From positions 840,001-872,000 of the forward strand of contig OW818653.1 of NCBI GenBank assembly GCA_942492995.1: a stretch of DNA of 32,000 nt, in the 5' to 3' direction. The stretch comes from an uncultured Erysipelotrichaceae bacterium (GTDB lineage Bacteria; Bacillota_I; Bacilli_A; Erysipelotrichales; Erysipelotrichaceae). Below the pieces are notes generated by a model that was not told the origin of the DNA, searched no databases, and saw only the letters and a list, made by a program, of their open reading frames with translations. The position numbers were made by a program, and so were the translations under genes. Below are positions 17,571 to 27,043 of the stretch, one piece after another (position 1 is the first letter of the stretch; each line of letters begins with the position of its first letter).

Positions 17571-18872
17571 TCATTTATAATATTTTGTTCTTATAAAATT
17601 TGCAACATTATCAATCTCAGGAAATAATGATGATTGGTTGATCCCTAGTAAATTAAGTTCGCTGAGAATTTGTTGTTTTGAATTTGATGGAATAATAAAA
17701 TGTAACTTAACTCCATTTTTCTTAACCTGAAATTTAGATAATTCGTGCACATTACTTTCAACAATATTATTATAATTTACATTATCATTAAAAACGTGTA
17801 AACCATTAACTAAAAACACTCCATCTTGCCTAATAATTCTTTCATTTTTTCGAGTAGGGACAACAAAATATGTTTTTTGCAAATCTTTTGGATTAATGCT
17901 ACATTCAAAATCACCAGTAACTTTTCTTATTTCATGAATAAGTTTCTTTACAATCAGCGTTGAATTAAAATAATCTACATCTATGTTACCTTTTTCATTA
18001 GCTATTATTAATTTATGTATTTCTTCCTTTTCATTCATTCTCAAACCTGCAATTGCACACAAGATTTCGATCGTATCACTATTTGCTTTTTTAACATTTT
18101 CAGTTTTGGGAGAATAAATCAATACTTCACCATCTTTTCTTTCATTACTACTACAAGCAAAATATAAAGCTACTAACAGATTTGTTGTTGCATCTAATAA
18201 TCTTGTAGGTAACCCATAATGTTGCATAATTTGAAGAATCTCAAGATGACTATTAACATTTTGAAATTCAAATGGTTTCTTAGTAGTTAATTCATGATGC
18301 ATTGTGTCTTCGCTTTTGTAATAGTTTTCATTTCTAAATATACTTGCTACCGTGTTATATTCGATTCTTGAATTTCCTCTCAAAAATAAGTTATTGAACT
18401 CAAATTCTTTTAAATTATTATTTAAGAATTTATCAAATTCATTCTTAAATTCATCAAAATTATTTACTTCTATTTTATTTTTATGCCATCCACTTGATCT
18501 AGATCTATTAGTTTGATCTTGATTTACTAATAAAAAATCAGATAGTTGACTTTCATATTTCGAAATATCAATCTCAAAATTTTTATAACTTGATATTTGA
18601 TTTGATAAAAAATCATTCTTGATACTTTTTAATCCAGACAACATCATATTTACTGTATTTATAACTTGAACATTATTTTTCTTATTTATTATATAAGTTT
18701 TCTCACTGCCCTTTTTACCTATTTTTTCAATATTATACTCTTCATTCCATGTAAAATATTTGGATATTTCAAAATCTTCTTCCTTAGAACTGAAGTTATA
18801 TTCCAAGTCATCTAAACATAATATCCCCTTTACTTGAAGCTTAATTCTAGAATCTCTTATTATTTTATCCAT
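17571..18872 (-). CDS. FRG-domain protein
   Basis: Central motifs LFLRGNS (the eponymous F/Y-R-G) and QHYGLPTRLLDATTNLLVALYFA match the FRG domain (PF08867) as I remember it. Preferred start is ATG 18870-18872, 4 nt after GGGGG. The ORF track starts at TTG 18900-18902. Confidence 0.7.
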   Translation of the reverse strand: MDKIIRDSRIKLQVKGILCLDDLEYNFSSKEEDFEISKYFTWNEEYNIEKIGKKGSEKTYIINKKNNVQVINTVNMMLSGLKSIKNDFLSNQISSYKNFEIDISKYESQLSDFLLVNQDQTNRSRSSGWHKNKIEVNNFDEFKNEFDKFLNNNLKEFEFNNLFLRGNSRIEYNTVASIFRNENYYKSEDTMHHELTTKKPFEFQNVNSHLEILQIMQHYGLPTRLLDATTNLLVALYFACSSNERKDGEVLIYSPKTENVKKANSDTIEILCAIAGLRMNEKEEIHKLIIANEKGNIDVDYFNSTLIVKKLIHEIRKVTGDFECSINPKDLQKTYFVVPTRKNERIIRQDGVFLVNGLHVFNDNVNYNNIVESNVHELSKFQVKKNGVKLHFIIPSNSKQQILSELNLLGINQSSLFPEIDNVANFIRTKYYK

Positions 18873-18999
18873 TAATCCCCCTTTGAATTTTTTAATTCTC
18901 AATTTGATACATTTTAGATAAATTATAATTTAAATAAATTAAATAGAATATAAAAATATCGATAAATAAGAGAAAATTATTTGATTATCGGCAATACAT

Positions 19000-19034
19000 A
19001 AAAAAAACTAGAAAACTTTAATGTTATTCTAGTT
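19000..19034 (-). terminator. intrinsic terminator after guaA
   Basis: The minus strand has AACTAGAA (rc of 19027-19034), a 13-nt loop, then TTCTAGTT followed by a T-run (rc of the A7 at 19001-19007). Confidence 0.7.
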
Positions 19035-19041
19035 ATTCTTT

Positions 19042-20574
19042 CTATTCCCACTCTATTGTTGAAGGCGGTTTAGAAGTCACATCGAACAGGATACGATTAA
19101 CTCCCTTGATTTCATTTACGATACGATTTGATATTCTATCCAATACTTCATACGGAATCTTAGCGTAATCTGCAGTCATGCCATCGATTGAAGTAACTGC
19201 ACGAATACCCAACGCATAATCATATGTACGTTGATCGCCCATTACACCAACAGATTGAATGTTGGTTAGTACGGTAAAGTACTGCCATATTTCTCTGTTT
19301 AAACCAGCTTTTTTGATTTCTTCATGAAGAATGGTATCACTCTTCTGAACAATGTGTAACTTCTCTTCAGTCACTGCCCCAATGATACGAATGGCTAAGC
19401 CAGGTCCTGGGAATGGTTGACGTTGGACCATTTCTTCACTTAACCCAAGAAGTAAGCCTAATTGTCTAACTTCATCCTTGAATAACATGTTTAATGGTTC
19501 AATTAACTTAAAGTGCATATCTTTAGGAAGTCCACCAACATTATGATGTGACTTAATAGTATGTGCAGTTTTCGTGCCGGATTCGATGATATCTGTATAT
19601 AGTGTACCTTGAGCTAAGAATGAAATATGACTTAGCTTTTTAGATTCGGATTCAAATACACGAATGAATTCTTCCCCAATAATTTTACGCTTCTTCTCAG
19701 GATCAGAAACGTCGGCTAATTTAGATAAGAAACGTTCTTTCGCATCAATCTTAATAAGATTAATTTTGAAATGATCTTCAAACGTTAATTTAACTTGTTC
19801 AGCTTCATTTTCTCTAAGTAGACCATGATCCACAAACATACAAGTTAGTTTATTACCAATAGCTTTATGTAGAAGTGCCGCCACAACCGATGAATCGACG
19901 CCACCAGATAGAGCACATAGTACTTCTTGACCTTGTGTTACATCTTGAATTTGTTTAACTTGTAAATCGATAAAGTCTTCTAACTTCCAGTTATCTTTTG
20001 CACCACATACTTTGAACACAAAGTTATGTAGCCAAGCTTGACCATAAACACTGTGTTTTACTTCTGGATGGAACTGTACACCATAAAGTTTCTTTTCGGC
20101 ATTACTCATAACCGCTAGAACACCAGATTCACTGAGTGCATCTTTGGTGAAACCTGTAGGAACTTGACTGACTTCATCACCATGACTCATCCATACCGCT
20201 TGTACTTCAGGTAAGGTATCACACAATAAATTAGGATGTTTCAAATGAATATCGGATTTACCATATTCACGAATCTTTCCAGACTTCACTTCACCACCCA
20301 ATTGATGTGCCATCAACTGCATGCCATAACAGATACCAAGTACTGGTAAACCTAATTCATATATCTTAGGATCAACTAATAATGCGTTCTCTTCATAAAC
20401 AGAATTAGGACCACCAGAGAAGACAATCCCTTTTATCTCAGGATCATTCTTATAGAAGTCTAAATCCGTATCATGCGCCTTTAATTCACTAAATACACCC
20501 ATTTCACGAATACGTCGTGCAATAAGTTGGTTATATTGACTTCCGAAATCGAGTACTACTATTTTATCAGCCAC
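19042..20574 (-). CDS. guaA: GMP synthase (glutamine-hydrolysing)
   Basis: 510 aa. N-terminal class-I amidotransferase ([29 protein letters not shown]). ATP-pyrophosphatase P-loop SGGVDSSV. C-terminus [11 protein letters not shown] start (rc of 20572-20574) overlaps the guaB stop by 8 nt. Confidence 0.97.
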   Translation of the reverse strand: MADKIVVLDFGSQYNQLIARRIREMGVFSELKAHDTDLDFYKNDPEIKGIVFSGGPNSVYEENALLVDPKIYELGLPVLGICYGMQLMAHQLGGEVKSGKIREYGKSDIHLKHPNLLCDTLPEVQAVWMSHGDEVSQVPTGFTKDALSESGVLAVMSNAEKKLYGVQFHPEVKHSVYGQAWLHNFVFKVCGAKDNWKLEDFIDLQVKQIQDVTQGQEVLCALSGGVDSSVVAALLHKAIGNKLTCMFVDHGLLRENEAEQVKLTFEDHFKINLIKIDAKERFLSKLADVSDPEKKRKIIGEEFIRVFESESKKLSHISFLAQGTLYTDIIESGTKTAHTIKSHHNVGGLPKDMHFKLIEPLNMLFKDEVRQLGLLLGLSEEMVQRQPFPGPGLAIRIIGAVTEEKLHIVQKSDTILHEEIKKAGLNREIWQYFTVLTNIQSVGVMGDQRTYDYALGIRAVTSIDGMTADYAKIPYEVLDRISNRIVNEIKGVNRILFDVTSKPPSTIEWE

Positions 20575-21700
20575 GGTAATTTGGAGCCTCCTTCACATTT
20601 TCTACAGTATGCGGGTGAGACTCTTTTAGCCCTGCATTACTAATTCTTACAAACTTCGCTTTATCTTTTAATTCAGTAATCGTTGCACATCCGCAATAAC
20701 CCATCCCTGAACGTAAACCACCCATCATTTGATAGATGACATCGCTCATTGGACCTTTATATGGAACAGTTGCCTCAATGCCTTCTGGAACTAATTTCTT
20801 TAATTCTTTTTGTCCACCTTGGAAATAACGATCACTACTACCTCTTTGCATAGCACTGAGTGATCCCATCCCAACATAAGTCTTAACACGTTTGCCATAT
20901 ACTTCTATAATTTCGCCTGGTGTTTCTTCACATCCTGCCAATAATCCACCTAACATAACTGCATCTGCACCAGCTGCTAGAGCTTTTACGATATCGCCTG
21001 AGAACTTAATCCCACCATCCGCAATAACGCCTACATTGTATCGTTTTGCGACTTGTACGACATCACTGATTGCGGTAAGTTGAGGAACTCCAACACCGGA
21101 TACGATACGTGTTGTACAGATAGAACCTGGACCTACACCGACTTTTAATACACTTGCGCCAGCTTGAATCAATGCTTGTGCAGATTCACCTGTAACGATA
21201 TTTCCACCAACGAGTGGTAATTTAGGAAATGCTTTATGAATCTTAGCGACAGTATCAATAACGCCTTTTGAATGTCCATGCGCACTATCAACGGTTATAA
21301 TATCAACCCCTGCTTCCACAAGTAACTTTACACGATCCATCGTCGAATCACTTACGCCAACAGCTGCGCCAGCTAATAACTTACCATTCGCATCAATAGC
21401 CGCATCTTTAGATAATACTTCTGCAGCTTTAACAGCTTTTACCATTTCCGCTTGTATTTCTTTACTTAAATTCTTATGAATAAATCCAATCCCACCACTT
21501 TGTGCTAAGGCAATTGCCATTGCGCTTTCTGTGACTGTATCCATGGCAGCGGAACAGACAGGAATTGATAGTTCAATCCCATCACAGAGACGTGTCTTCA
21601 AATTAACATCGTTAGGAACGACTGTAGAATATGCGGGAACCAGTAATAAGTCATCGAAAGTATACCCTTCTTTAACAACTTTTCCGTTCATTGAATCCAT
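20567..21700 (-). CDS. guaB: IMP dehydrogenase, short form lacking the CBS/Bateman subdomain
   Basis: Motifs: [19 protein letters not shown], catalytic GSICTT loop and [11 protein letters not shown]. Total length is 377 aa, or 381 aa from the ORF-track start at 21712. Preferred start is ATG 21698-21700, 5 nt after GGAGG. Confidence 0.95.
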   Translation of the reverse strand: MDSMNGKVVKEGYTFDDLLLVPAYSTVVPNDVNLKTRLCDGIELSIPVCSAAMDTVTESAMAIALAQSGGIGFIHKNLSKEIQAEMVKAVKAAEVLSKDAAIDANGKLLAGAAVGVSDSTMDRVKLLVEAGVDIITVDSAHGHSKGVIDTVAKIHKAFPKLPLVGGNIVTGESAQALIQAGASVLKVGVGPGSICTTRIVSGVGVPQLTAISDVVQVAKRYNVGVIADGGIKFSGDIVKALAAGADAVMLGGLLAGCEETPGEIIEVYGKRVKTYVGMGSLSAMQRGSSDRYFQGGQKELKKLVPEGIEATVPYKGPMSDVIYQMMGGLRSGMGYCGCATITELKDKAKFVRISNAGLKESHPHTVENVKEAPNYRG

Positions 21701-21723
21701 TGTTTCCTCCATTTTTTCTTGCC

Positions 21724-21751
21724 ATTATATCACATATGAAAATGAGTACAA
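21724..21751 (-). promoter_or_regulatory. putative guaBA promoter
   Basis: On the minus strand: TTGTAC, a 16-nt spacer, then TGA-TATAAT (extended -10). It lies about 25 nt upstream of the guaB SD. Confidence 0.5.
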
Positions 21752-21788
21752 CAGCTTTATCTTAAATTTTTGACAACTATACGTTTAT

Positions 21789-21820
21789 AAAAAAAGACTA
21801 AGTGAAATAATCACTCAGCC
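21789..21820 (-). terminator. intrinsic terminator after the TrmH-family gene
   Basis: The minus strand has GGCTGAGTGA-TTATT-TCACTTAGTC (10-bp stem with two G-U pairs) followed by T7. The stem overlaps the stop codon at 21811-21813. Confidence 0.65.
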
Positions 21821-22539
21821 TTACGTTTACGATATACTTCGAAACAAACAATAGCACACGCACTAACCGCATTTAATGCGACTTTAGTTTGTGTCGAATA
21901 ATTGATTTTAAGCGATGCTTCACGTGCTTGAATAACAGAACGCGATAAACCTCTAAGTTCTCCACCAAACGCTAAGATAAGTGGGAATGGATAATCATAG
22001 TTCGTAAAATCAACCGATGTATCTTCACGATGGGTAATCGCAATATGATAACCCTTTTCTTTTAGAGCTTGCATATCTTCTTCTAAGTTATTTAAGGTAA
22101 TAATCTGTAATCTGTCGTAACACCCAGCACTTGATTTCATAAGTGTAACTTCACTCGTCGACCAATCACGTTTGCTTAAGATGACTGATGTTGCGCCAGA
22201 GGCATACGCAGTACGAATCATTTGCCCTAAGTTAAATGGATCTTCAACGCCTTCTATCAATACCACAAACCATGATTTATTCTTGAGTAAGTACGATACA
22301 TCTTGAATAACGCGTGGATCAGTAAATGCAATGATACCGCCATGAGTTTTACCAACAGCCTTTTCATCGATCTCTGCTTTAGGTTTGAAAATAATCTTCA
22401 CGCCTTTTTCTTTGGAGATACGTTTAATATAATCAAAGTCTTTGGACTCTTTTGTACTATCCATCCAGACATAATGTATTTTACGTTGATTTGATTCAAT
22501 CGCTGCCTTAATGGATAAAGCTCCTTCTAATATGATCAT
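21811..22539 (-). CDS. TrmH/SpoU-family RNA 2'-O-methyltransferase (RlmB-like)
   Basis: 242 aa. SPOUT motifs: VLIEGVEDPFNLGQMIRTAYASGA, LAFGGELRGLS and LNAVSACAIVCFE. The ATG overlaps the upstream TGA (ATGA). Confidence 0.85.
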   Translation of the reverse strand: MIILEGALSIKAAIESNQRKIHYVWMDSTKESKDFDYIKRISKEKGVKIIFKPKAEIDEKAVGKTHGGIIAFTDPRVIQDVSYLLKNKSWFVVLIEGVEDPFNLGQMIRTAYASGATSVILSKRDWSTSEVTLMKSSAGCYDRLQIITLNNLEEDMQALKEKGYHIAITHREDTSVDFTNYDYPFPLILAFGGELRGLSRSVIQAREASLKINYSTQTKVALNAVSACAIVCFEVYRKRKAE

Positions 22540-23735
22540 TGTGATCCTTTCTTACGAATAAAGTCATTCACACGAACATCCAGTTCGCATTTCATCCATA
22601 TCTTAGACATGGGTTTATTCGCAACTTCAATGGATAAATTCTCTTCATCCATCATTTCTTCTACTTTAAACGATTCTGGCACAGAATGGTAACTAAAACA
22701 TTCAAGTTCTTGGCCAATGGAAACTAAATTACGCATTTCCACAAGGATATATCCAGGTTTAGTGTTAATAACCGTTCCGACAAAGTTTTGAACAACACCC
22801 TCTTCTTTAGGATGGTATAAATGACCTTTTGAATCAGGAAGCGATGTCAAGAAACCATTAAAGGTAGGACGACTCTCTGCTTGTTTAAGTTCAATTAGTA
22901 ACTCTTGATATAATACATCCGTATGTGTATTCGTATTAATCGCGTCAATCCATCGACGATACGCTTTGATAATAACACCAATATAATAAGCCGATTTCAT
23001 ACGACCTTCGACTTTTAGACTATAAACCCCTGCTTTCATCATATTCTCGATTTGATCCATGGCCATTAGGTCTTTAGATCCCATTGAGAATGCGGTATCT
23101 TCAGGACTAATCTTTACCCCATCTTGGAATAAATCATATGCCCATCGACAGGATTGAGCACAACCACCGCGATTCGCATCACGCAAAGTCATTTCATTAC
23201 TTAGTGTACAACGACCGGAATAGTTAACACACATACCACCATGAATAAAGACTTCAATCGGTAGTACATTCTTTTCAGTGATTTGAGCTATCGTATCCAT
23301 ACTTAATTCACGCGCTAATACGATACGATCAACACCGAAACTCTTATAGAATTTCATTGTCTCACTGTTCGTAATTGAGAGTTGTGTACTTAAGTGTACT
23401 TCCATTTCTGGCGCAACTTTCTTACTTAATTTTGCGATGCCAATCGATGCGACTATAACCGCATCGACATGAATACTGTTTAATTCTTTGAGATACGCTT
23501 CTAATCCATTTAAATCCCCTTGATGAGGAATCATATTGACAGTCACAAAGACTCGTTTGTTTTTTGCATGCGCATAATCAACCGCATCTTTAATATCCTG
23601 TATTTCAAAGTTTGATGCACGATAACGCAGTGAAAATCTCTTTCCACCAATGTATATCGCATCTGCCCCAAAATCGAGGGCAACTTTAGCACGTTCTAAA
23701 TCACCTGCAGGAGCCAGTAATTCAATGGTTGTCAT
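22536..23735 (-). CDS. peptidase U32-family protein (YrrO/TrhP-like)
   Basis: 399 aa. The N-terminus ELLAPAGDLERAKVALDFGADAIYIGG and the Cys-rich GGMCVNYSGRCTLS...GGCAQSCRW segment are typical of U32 proteins. Confidence 0.85.
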   Translation of the reverse strand: MTTIELLAPAGDLERAKVALDFGADAIYIGGKRFSLRYRASNFEIQDIKDAVDYAHAKNKRVFVTVNMIPHQGDLNGLEAYLKELNSIHVDAVIVASIGIAKLSKKVAPEMEVHLSTQLSITNSETMKFYKSFGVDRIVLARELSMDTIAQITEKNVLPIEVFIHGGMCVNYSGRCTLSNEMTLRDANRGGCAQSCRWAYDLFQDGVKISPEDTAFSMGSKDLMAMDQIENMMKAGVYSLKVEGRMKSAYYIGVIIKAYRRWIDAINTNTHTDVLYQELLIELKQAESRPTFNGFLTSLPDSKGHLYHPKEEGVVQNFVGTVINTKPGYILVEMRNLVSIGQELECFSYHSVPESFKVEEMMDEENLSIEVANKPMSKIWMKCELDVRVNDFIRKKGSQ

Positions 23736-24607
23736 TATTTACCCTCCTCTTTACTCATATTCGTTTTACGATAGTAATACGCTTGTCCAAGTTTCACTTT
23801 ACTGTTTGATTGTGCTTCAAGTAGAGTGACTGAATCATCCATTAAATCATTGGTTAGTTGAATAAACGCTTCTTCATCCAACATACAATCATCAAAGTGT
23901 AATCCATAACAATTCGCATCATTTAAAATTAACTTTTCATGTTTTGGGAATAAGACAGTATCTAAGAAAATACTTGTCCCTTGTGCTTCTTCTAAGATTG
24001 GAAACAACTGATCGCGTTTCGCTTCTTTGATCACAAGATTCTTCTTATTTAAGACATCTAATGATGTTCCTATTTCATCCAAGTAATTACGGACTAAAGG
24101 ACGTTTACTAAATGACATTAATGCATAACCTAAGCCTAAAGCTTCTACTTTATTTGGAAATAGACTTACAAGTTGAGTAATCTCTTCTAACATAAGTTCT
24201 TTAGATAAGACAACACGATCCACAAGTTCTAAAATAGCTTCAATATCCATCGCATTGGTTAGAATTGTTTCAGGAGAATAGATAATCACACCTGTATATC
24301 CATTGCGTTTAAGTTGATTGTAAATTGCGAAGTCATTGAAATAGAATCCCTTTGGATTAAATCCAATGAGTTGTTTAACCCATGATTCACACGCTAATAA
24401 TTGGTCTTCTTCGATATACCCATTGATTTGAATGTATGGATGATAGCCTAACTTAAGTGCTTCATTGTAGAAATCAGCGAACTGATCGACTGTTTGTATA
24501 TTTGGATGACGATAGGAAAAAAGTGGTTCAGTGATGACACATTCCCATTGTTTATCCATTAATCGTTTGAGAACGTTTAAATTCTCAGTATGCAAAATTG
24601 TTTTCAT
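23735..24607 (-). CDS. peptidase U32-family protein, short paralogue (YrrN-like)
   Basis: 290 aa from ATG 24605-24607 (GAGGA 5 nt upstream). U32-like TIM-barrel pattern without the Cys-rich segment. 1-nt stop/start overlap (TAATG) with the downstream U32 gene. Confidence 0.65.
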   Translation of the reverse strand: MKTILHTENLNVLKRLMDKQWECVITEPLFSYRHPNIQTVDQFADFYNEALKLGYHPYIQINGYIEEDQLLACESWVKQLIGFNPKGFYFNDFAIYNQLKRNGYTGVIIYSPETILTNAMDIEAILELVDRVVLSKELMLEEITQLVSLFPNKVEALGLGYALMSFSKRPLVRNYLDEIGTSLDVLNKKNLVIKEAKRDQLFPILEEAQGTSIFLDTVLFPKHEKLILNDANCYGLHFDDCMLDEEAFIQLTNDLMDDSVTLLEAQSNSKVKLGQAYYYRKTNMSKEEGK

Positions 24608-24608
24608 T

Positions 24609-25916
24609 TTAATCCTCAAAGAATGTCTGATGTTTCTTGTTAAATACCAATTGGATAAAGACCAATGTGACTAAACTTAGTCCTGTAATCAATCCAAATA
24701 CCCATTGTGATACTTGAATATCACTTAGTGTAGCTGGTAATAGTTTAATGAGTAATGCATAAATCTTATCACCATAGAAAATCCCAACCGCAAAGAAGGT
24801 TTGATAGATTCCCATCGTAATTTCACGCATATCTTTTTCAAATGGCTGCATCGCCATGCCTAATAATATATTGTACATAATTCCATAACCTAAACCACTA
24901 ATTGGTGTGATTAAGAAGATTAACCAAGAATTTGTTGAATAGCTTAGTGTTAAGGTATAAATAGCACTTAAGACTAAACCTAAGATTAAGCTCTTCTTAA
25001 CCCCAATCCAACGTTTAAGGGATAAACCAACCATAACACCCCCAAAGAGTTGTGCTACAGCGTAACCAACATCAATATACGCAACCATTAGTGGATGCAT
25101 ATCAATGCCTTCCATACGGACAAAGCTGATTAGATTAGAACCACTGGTTGAGAAACGAATAAACGATACGACAACACCTAATAACGCAATGCTAATAAAA
25201 CGTGGATTGCTTAAAGCAAGTTTAATTTTCGCAACACTGAAGTTACGAATATTTTCTTTATTATCTTTCACAAAGAATAAGAAGACCAATGCGACAATCC
25301 CAATTACTGCACTCGTTAACCACATCCCCGGATAATCATTCGGTTTCGTAGCAGTAAAGATGTATTGAATTGGCGCAACTAAGAACTCAGCTAAGAGTGG
25401 CGCAACCGATAAGATTGATACCGACATAATCGCTTGTTTAGCACTGAATGTTTCAGAGAATAGGACATTGAATAAACTCAACATACTTGCGCCTAAACCT
25501 AACGCAAGCGATGAGAACATTAAGCTATTATAACTTGGATTAAAGTACACGATAATCGAAGATACTATAATAAATACTAACGCTAACGCAATAAAGAATT
25601 TACGGGATTTAAAGAAATCACTTAACGCAAAAATCGGTAATCGTACAAAGATAGAGATTAAACCATACGCTGCCGCAATATTCGCAGCCATGATTCCATC
25701 CATCGCTAAACCACCCGCATCAAGGGCTCCTCCTGCATATGCTTTACGATACGCACGGATTAAATTAATCGCAGACCAAAACAAAACTAATAGAATATAG
25801 ATTAAGATTTGGTACTGGCTTAATTTATATTTACGGACAAGATAGATCGTCACAACTAAACTAATTAGAATTGTGATACTACTTAAGAATAATTTATGGG
25901 TCAATAGTTCTAACAT
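24609..25916 (-). CDS. MFS transporter
   Basis: 435 aa with about 12 predicted TM helices in a 6+6 arrangement and a basic central loop (FVKDNKENIRNF). Confidence 0.7.
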   Translation of the reverse strand: MLELLTHKLFLSSITILISLVVTIYLVRKYKLSQYQILIYILLVLFWSAINLIRAYRKAYAGGALDAGGLAMDGIMAANIAAAYGLISIFVRLPIFALSDFFKSRKFFIALALVFIIVSSIIVYFNPSYNSLMFSSLALGLGASMLSLFNVLFSETFSAKQAIMSVSILSVAPLLAEFLVAPIQYIFTATKPNDYPGMWLTSAVIGIVALVFLFFVKDNKENIRNFSVAKIKLALSNPRFISIALLGVVVSFIRFSTSGSNLISFVRMEGIDMHPLMVAYIDVGYAVAQLFGGVMVGLSLKRWIGVKKSLILGLVLSAIYTLTLSYSTNSWLIFLITPISGLGYGIMYNILLGMAMQPFEKDMREITMGIYQTFFAVGIFYGDKIYALLIKLLPATLSDIQVSQWVFGLITGLSLVTLVFIQLVFNKKHQTFFED

Positions 25917-26017
25917 GTTACATTTCCTTTTAACCTAACAATTGTACCAAATTTTACAGAAAAATAAAGTAAAGGCGTTTAGGCATGGTGTATAATCAAT
26001 AAAAAGAGGTTTAAACG

Positions 26018-27043
26018 ATGAAAACAATAGATTTAAGAAGTGATACTGTAACATTCCCAACCGATGAAATGCGTAAGGCAATGGCCATCGCAGAAGTCGG
26101 TGATGATGTATATCAAGATGATCCAACGGTCATAGAACTTGAAACCTATGCGGCACAGTTAGTTGGTAAAGAAGCTGCTCTATTTGTACCAAGTGGAACG
26201 ATGGGCAATCAACTCTGTTTAATGACCCATACGAAACGTGGGGATGAAATCGTAACAGGCGCTAATAATCATATCGTAATCCATGAAGTTGGATCGGTTG
26301 CGGTGTTATCACAAGCAAATCTCAGAACAATCTCACATCCCGATGATTTTATCTTGCCAAGTGATTTTCTTAAGGCAATTCGATCAAACGATATTCATGA
26401 ACCTCAAACAACGGTATTAAGTATGGAAAATGCTTTATCCAATGGTAAAGTTATGCCACTCAGTTTAATGAAAGAGAATTATGATATTGCGCATGCACAT
26501 AATATCAAAGTACATCTTGATGGTGCACGCTTATTCAATGCGGCTACATATTTAAATTGCGATCCGAAAGAGTTAACGCAATATACCGATTCTGTTATGT
26601 TTTGTCTATCCAAAGGTTTATGTGCGCCAATTGGTTCAATGATTGCGGGTCCTAGAGAATTCATTGAACGTGCACGTAAGAATCGTAAATTATTGGGTGG
26701 CGGAATGCGTCAAGCTGGTATACTCGCTGCCGCAGGACTAATTGCCCTAAAAGATATGACAAAACGATTGGATATTGATCATAAGAATGCACAATACTTA
26801 GGCCAAGAACTCATTAAAACTGGGTTGTTTAAAGTCAATCTAGAGAGTATACATATCAATATGGTTTTCTTTGATGTGGTTGATCCAAACTTTGACTTCA
26901 AAGCATTTGAAGAGTATTTAACCAAACATAATGTTAAAATAAATCCAAATTATAATGGTTATCGATTTGTGACCCATTATTGGATCACACACGAAGACAT
27001 CGATACACTCATTACATTAATCAAAAACTATGCTAAAAACTGA
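26018..27043 (+). CDS. ltaE: low-specificity L-threonine aldolase
   Basis: 341 aa. The N-terminus DLRSDTVTFPTDEMRKAMAIAEVGDDVYQDDPTVIELE is the threonine-aldolase signature. PLP-Lys region FCLSKGLCAP. SD AGAGG. Confidence 0.85.
   Translation: MKTIDLRSDTVTFPTDEMRKAMAIAEVGDDVYQDDPTVIELETYAAQLVGKEAALFVPSGTMGNQLCLMTHTKRGDEIVTGANNHIVIHEVGSVAVLSQANLRTISHPDDFILPSDFLKAIRSNDIHEPQTTVLSMENALSNGKVMPLSLMKENYDIAHAHNIKVHLDGARLFNAATYLNCDPKELTQYTDSVMFCLSKGLCAPIGSMIAGPREFIERARKNRKLLGGGMRQAGILAAAGLIALKDMTKRLDIDHKNAQYLGQELIKTGLFKVNLESIHINMVFFDVVDPNFDFKAFEEYLTKHNVKINPNYNGYRFVTHYWITHEDIDTLITLIKNYAKN

Noticed and set aside
7710-19041. Direct repeats, att-like sites, integrase or transposase delimiting the AT-rich accessory region
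   Set aside because: By eye I found no shared repeat longer than about 12 nt between the candidate borders (7710-7933, 13388-13609, 14905-15025, 18903-19041) and no mobility gene. I therefore do not call a mobile element.
21701-21790. Purine/guanine riboswitch or T-box upstream of guaB
   Set aside because: The predicted promoter leaves a leader of only about 20-25 nt, too short for a riboswitch aptamer. No conserved aptamer-like helices were seen.
25935-26126. 63-aa minus-strand ORF in the MFS/ltaE divergent region
   Set aside because: It overlaps the well-supported ltaE start and its SD. Its His/Leu-rich sequence has no SD, so it is likely spurious.
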